A stretch of 64,000 bases of DNA, taken from NCBI GenBank assembly GCA_043228905.1, contig JBHGNT010000002.1, forward strand, positions 24,304,001-24,368,000, in the 5' to 3' direction. Every line of letters begins with the position of its first letter. Position 1 is the first letter of the stretch. Positions 59,001 to 64,000 of the stretch are shown one piece after another. The notes under the pieces were generated by a model that worked only from the letters and a program-made list of their open reading frames with translations, made no database searches and had not been told where the DNA came from. The translations under genes were made by a program, and so were the position numbers. The DNA comes from Azolla caroliniana. Taxonomy: Eukaryota > Plantae > Polypodiophyta.

Positions 59001-62000
59001 AGACAAACAAGCTTTTACAACACTAAATTCACTAGTGCATCACAACATCTGTTAACTTCTCCAACACAATGTCTAATAATAAGAATACTCTTGATCTTCA
59101 TTATCCTGTTCTCAACATGATGTCTTCTAATTAGAAAACTCTTGATCTTTGATGTTGGACTAACTAGACTTTACGCTTTTTTCTCTTGTACCTTCTAATT
59201 CCTTTAATTTTCGTTTGATCTCTTTGACACATTTACTTTAAATGTTTTTTTACTTCCGTTCATCTTTCAAAATGATGGTAAAAATTTATATACCATCTTA
59301 TTTCCTTGCTGAAGAAGCTCCTCACAGGAACATTGTTCCTTTGTATCAAATTGTCAAAACTATTCAAATGCTAAACATTGGCTTCTTTGATAAAAATGGA
59401 AATTTGTTTGAATAGAGATATACGGATAAAGGCTATTCAGAGTAAGGATCAGAACTAAAATTTCAATGTCCCTACTATGGCTTTTCGATTGTGTGCATCT
59501 CTATTCAAGGACTACGAACAACTCCAGAAGTCCTGTGGCTGCATTTTCAGCAATGATTCTTTGCAACTGTTTGTCTTTACTACACTCCAAGAAGCTCAAC
59601 TTGTGTTTATGAATATCATAAGCATAGGCGAGAGACAAATGCTTCATGTTTTTCTTCTTTTTGATGAACTAGTATGTCAAAGTTATTTGGTACGTAATTT
59701 TACTGCGGATTTGTAGTCACAATCTGATTTGATATTCCAGTGTATCAAAGATTGGCCTATGGATGGAAAGGCTTATGTGCTATTGGGGACACGCTTAATG
59801 AAGCAAGGGAGATTTGTTGATGCTAGAGCTGTTCTTGAGGATGGTTGCCAGGCTGCTCGAGGTGAAAATCCATATATTTGGCAGGTAATTTTACTGATAT
59901 AGTTCACAATATTTTCTTATTTTAATAATGTCTTTACTTCTTTGCTCAAATTGTAGGTATTCACGTATTGTGTACAAATCTAACAAGAATTTGATTAAAT
60001 CAATTGTAAAAACCACTATTTAAATAAAGTAAAACTATCCTTTATCATCCTTTTGGTAAGTGAAAACTGTTAATTATTCATGCAAACATGTAATATATAT
60101 ATATATTTATCACCCAATAATGGCCTTATTAGGTTTGAAATTTGAACTTGTGACCTTAAAGAATTATTGTTTCTCCACCAAGTGATTTATCTGTTGGTAA
60201 AATAGGTATTTCCGCAATCAAATGTGCACATATATACACACTATATATGTATCTATGTGTATGCATATTATTAGTTCGGATTGTATAATGTGAAGGCAGT
60301 GCTTTTCCATTGTATTTTAGAATATAATGTCTAGGTTTTAGTGTAGTCTCTTGTCATAAACTTCGCTCATTAATTTATGAGTAGAAAGAGCAGGATGTGT
60401 CTTATTTCTACAGATCTTCAGCGGACAAAGCTTTATTTTTAATGTTAACACATAATCTCTTTGACAATGTGTATCTGATGTCCTTGCTGTGCAGGCCTGG
60501 GCTATCCTAGAGGAGAAATTAGGCCATCTTTCAGAAGCCAGAAAACTCTTTGATGCAGCAACGGCAGCTGATATAAGGCATGCTGCAGCATGGCATGGAT
60601 GGGCAGTTTTAGAGTTAAGGCAAGGTAATACAAAAAAAGCACGTGAGCTATTGAGTAAAGGTCTGAAATATTGTGGAGGAAACGAGTACTTGTATCAAAC
60701 CTCAGCTCTCATCGAGTACAGAGCAGGAAAAGTTGAATTAGCGAGAGCTCTTTTTAGCCAAGCCATTTATTACAACCCAAATAGTTGTGCAAGCTGGCTG
60801 GTGCGTATCCTTCTTACCCCCATAAATGCTAAGGCAAAACCCAGAAATACCCCTGAGTTTTTCTGTATCCCCCCCAAATTCATCTTAGTTTTCATTGTTC
60901 CTGCAAACCCCTGAATGAGAGAAAAAAGAGACGTATTTACCATATGATTAGCACATCAAAAGTGAAGAAAAGGGGATGAATTCACCGTGTGATTCCTTAG
61001 ATAACACACTAATTGGTCAAGAGGCAGGTTAACCAAGGGCATTTGAGAAAATAAAGAAAACATTTGGGGTACTCCAAAGTTTTTCCCTAAATCTGATTCG
61101 ACTTTACAGGTTTTTGTGAAATTCTAACTTGCTGCCCAGGAATGACACTTGAACTTTACAGGCATGGGCCCTTTCAGAAGCAGATCAGGGAAATAACTCT
61201 ACAGCACGCTATCTTTTCCAGGTAAAACTTGTTGCCGCTATTTCAGAGAATCATAGTGACAGCTTGTGCTTTTAAAGCAAGAAGTTCTGGACTGTGAACA
61301 GTGTATTTGATTTGTTAAATATGCTAAGCACTAAACGATGGTAACCAATTGGTTTAAATTATTAAAAAAATTAGCTAAGATAAAAAAGTCTATCAGAGAA
61401 AAGCAAACTTGCTTGGCTTTCCTGTCACCTAACTCAACTCTAGCTGCAACTTGGAATTGGGCTTGTATTATTGCAAGTGAAACATTGAAATGTGTGTCTT
61501 AAGGACGTCATGGCCTTTAGGTTTTATGCTTGGAAGTAGCAAATAGGTCATCTTTAAATATATAATAAAGTATCTCCCTTCTCCTCTTTTTGTGCTAAAC
61601 TGTCTGCTTAGAGGCCTGACATCTCAGTAGAGAAAACCATGTTGAATTGTCAGAATGCATTTGGTGTATGCAGTTAATATATTCTGGTATTATGTTCACT
61701 TCTGTTTGGTCTATGCATTTTATGTTCTTTGTTCCACATAATAGGAAGGCTTATATTTCATTATCCTGCAGAGAGGTGTGAGAGCAAGCCCAAAGAATCG
61801 ATATGTGTGGCAAGCATGGGCAATATTTGAGTCCAATCAAGGAAATAAAGAATTGGCAAGAAGGCTTTTCCAGGAAGGAATTGAACTGAACCCAGATGAT
61901 GCTGTCCTATTACAGGCATATGCTCTTTTTGAATATGGTTCCTCTAACCCAAATTTTGCTCGTGAACTTTTCAGAAAAGCTTCCTTGGCTGATCCAAAGC

Positions 62001-62017
62001 ATCAGCCTGTTTGGAAT
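56041..62017 (+). CDS. HCF107: HCF107 / Mbb1-like chloroplast HAT (half-a-TPR) RNA-binding protein; 3' exons lie beyond the window
   Basis: Exons 56041-56512 (Ser-rich transit peptide), 57204-57412 (INLDLDLYRAR..AEEIL), 59741-59884 (CIKDWPMDGKAYV..GCQAARGENPYIWQ), 60495-60800 (ARKLFDAATAAD..AAWHGWAVLE..GLKYCGGNEY), 61162-61221, 61772-62017 (ASPKNRYVW..DPKHQPVW). No stop reached. Confidence 0.92.
58381..58830. repeat. Diverged ~300-bp direct repeat in HCF107 intron 2
   Basis: TGTATCTTTGGAGGAGATA..CTTGAT..CTTGCACACAT..AAATA at ~58385 and ~58681; recurring TGCAATGAGGA units. Confidence 0.6.
60830..61090. mobile_element. Possible Mutator-like MITE in HCF107 intron 4
   Basis: Imperfect TIRs AAGGCAAAACCCAGAAATACCCC / GGGGTACTCCAAAGTTTTTCCCT, similar in style to 45060-45374. 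TSD unclear. Confidence 0.35.
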
Positions 62018-62299
62018 GTAAGTGTATATGATCAGTTTAAACTGTTCTTTCATTGTTCTAGGTATGCAAATGCATGCCTTGTAGAGCAGTATAAAATCTC
62101 ATCTCTGTTCCCATTTCTCATTTGATGTCCATGGCGGTGACGAATTTATAAACTTTCTGTTTTGTTTCTTTTGGGGAGTTTGATATGCCATAGAAAGAAC
62201 AATTTCATTAATTTCGAAAAGTGATCAAAATGGTAGTTTTAGAGCTGTCTGACATCATGTGTAACTTGAGGGTTGCACATTGATAGTGTACTAATGCTG

Positions 62300-64000
62300 G
62301 AGCTTCCCTAAGGATAATCCCAAGATGTCTCTGCATCATGTTAACTAAAATCTGCTTTATCAAAGGATAGAGGAGGGAGATTGGATGGTGGGCTGGATCT
62401 GGCTGTAATATCTGCCTCTCAATCTTCAATTAGCGCAGGCCCAAACTCTGTGACTCTCTCTTCAGTCACACCTCAAGCTCACTTCCTATTCCCAATGCCT
62501 GCTGTAAAGGGATTTGAGAATACTAGTGAAACTGTAGCTAAGAGGCTTGGAGTGCCGAAGAAGCATGTTACATACCTCTGTGTAGGACCTAAAATCTGCT
62601 CTTGTGGTTGTAACTCCCGATGTCTGCAGGAAGCAGTACGAGTAGTCCGAGCTATCTCTGTCTGAGGCGCTCATAAGCTCCATGAAAGTAGACTGGTCAT
62701 AGAAGAGGATGGTGTATTTGTACCTGATGCATTGGAAGGCTGAGCATCAACGTGTGTAGTGCTCCTCTGCATCTCTAACTCACCATAGCATAAGAGCTAC
62801 ACAGAATCAACTGGCATGTGCTCTGGATGAAGCCTTCTCTCTGTCTCTGCCTGAAGCTGATGTGATGATATAAGAAGCTGACTAATACACACCTCACATT
62901 GTGGGAGAGGTCTGTGTCCATGAAACTTGGTTGCATTAGAAATTTGAAAGTTATTAGTTGGCAATGTCAGAGAATGGTCTGCACAGAATGCTATTTTTGT
63001 TCCCTGAGGCTTCACTGGTTGCTGCCAAGTTCTGGCGATAGTCAGGGTAATATTATGCTGCCTAGTAATTTTGTTTTGCTTTCATGCTATACGGAACCAT
63101 GTACCTGCGACTCGTGTGTATTAGACTCTTGGCACTTCTGTGAGGAATCATAGGCAAGTCTGCTACATCTATCTTGCGGTGTGCCATGTCTGATAAATGT
63201 TACAGCTGTCACAAATAAGGCTTTGGTGCTGTTCTCTACTTAGCTTGGAGAAAGCCATGCTGCTTTACTTCTAATCATGTGGGATATCATCATCATCGAA
63301 AAGTTCTCTCCAAGGGATACCTTCCATCATAGTAATCTTCAGCATCATCATCCTGTGCAATTTTGGCACTGCAATCTAGGAGATCCTCTTCATCGTGACC
63401 AATGTTATGTGTTTCTAATGCACCATGATTTTCCTCCAGTCCAACCTTGACACTGTCTTCGCTCATGAATCAATCTATATTTTCATATCTGTGCACCGCA
63501 AAAGTAATGCTGCAACCAATGTATCATACAACCAAAGCCTTTGTCCTAGGTTCTTGGAACTTAATGCGAGCATTTTTTCTGTCCAAAGGTCCTATGAAAG
63601 CATATCTCTTCGTTGATCGATTCTCAGCTTCTCCCCTCATGTTGACCTAGGCCTCACAAAAGTGACCCATATACATATTAGGTCACAATCTCCACCACCT
63701 TACCCATGTATGGAAACTGCAATCCAAATTGGTTGATCCAAGCTGAAGAAGTATTAAAGAAATCGCTTTGATCTTCTGTGGGTATACTAGGAGATCTCAA
63801 TCATGACAAAACTCTTGTAATGCATCAAGATGGTCCTTGAGTTCTGGTGACTCTGATATGAGCACAATGTCTGTTATCTGCATTTAGTAACATTGAGATC
63901 AATGTGTGCCCCCAGTTCCCCTCCTTGTGCAATGTACTGCTGCATCTCCTAAAGATGGAGAGTCTACTTCGGAAATCTGTCTAGCTGCCACCCATCATCC
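62300..64000 (-). pseudogene. Highly degenerate Gypsy gag/RT remnant in HCF107 intron 6
   Basis: Minus-strand fragments AFIGPLDRKNARIKF (gag-like), AFSKLSREQ.. preceding a decayed zinc knuckle, and FRSYTEVCN..FTSILK..W (RT thumb-like). Many stops. Confidence 0.35.

Overview
Eukaryotic land-plant nuclear DNA, probably a non-seed plant such as a fern (inferred from a secretory-type polyphenol oxidase and the TE lineages; not provable here). The left two-thirds (1-41 kb) is TE-dense. It holds Copia solo/partial LTRs, a non-autonomous hAT element filled with GA repeats, an isolated intronless GC-rich polyphenol oxidase gene with a signal peptide, and an internally deleted chromovirus carrying a full-length Copia. 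It also holds a four-level nest: Tork/Tnt1-like Copia > Athila-like Gypsy with a long extra ORF > tRNA-Trp-primed gag-only element > Copia solo LTR. Most junctions were resolved by TG..CA ends and target-site duplications. The right third (42-64 kb) is a gene island: an MPB2C/MBP2C-like gene with an internal 407-bp duplication of an intron/exon junction, tRNA-Arg(CCT), DPH2 (10 exons) and HCF107 (6 exons visible, running off the window). Exon boundaries were read by eye from GT/AG sites and reading-frame continuity. Family assignments come from remembered motifs, not database searches. I found no convincing wholly new biological system. The best leads are the Trp-primed gag-only element, the Gypsy extra ORF and its odd tRNA-like 3' hairpin, the secreted PPO, and the possible new exon in MPB2C.
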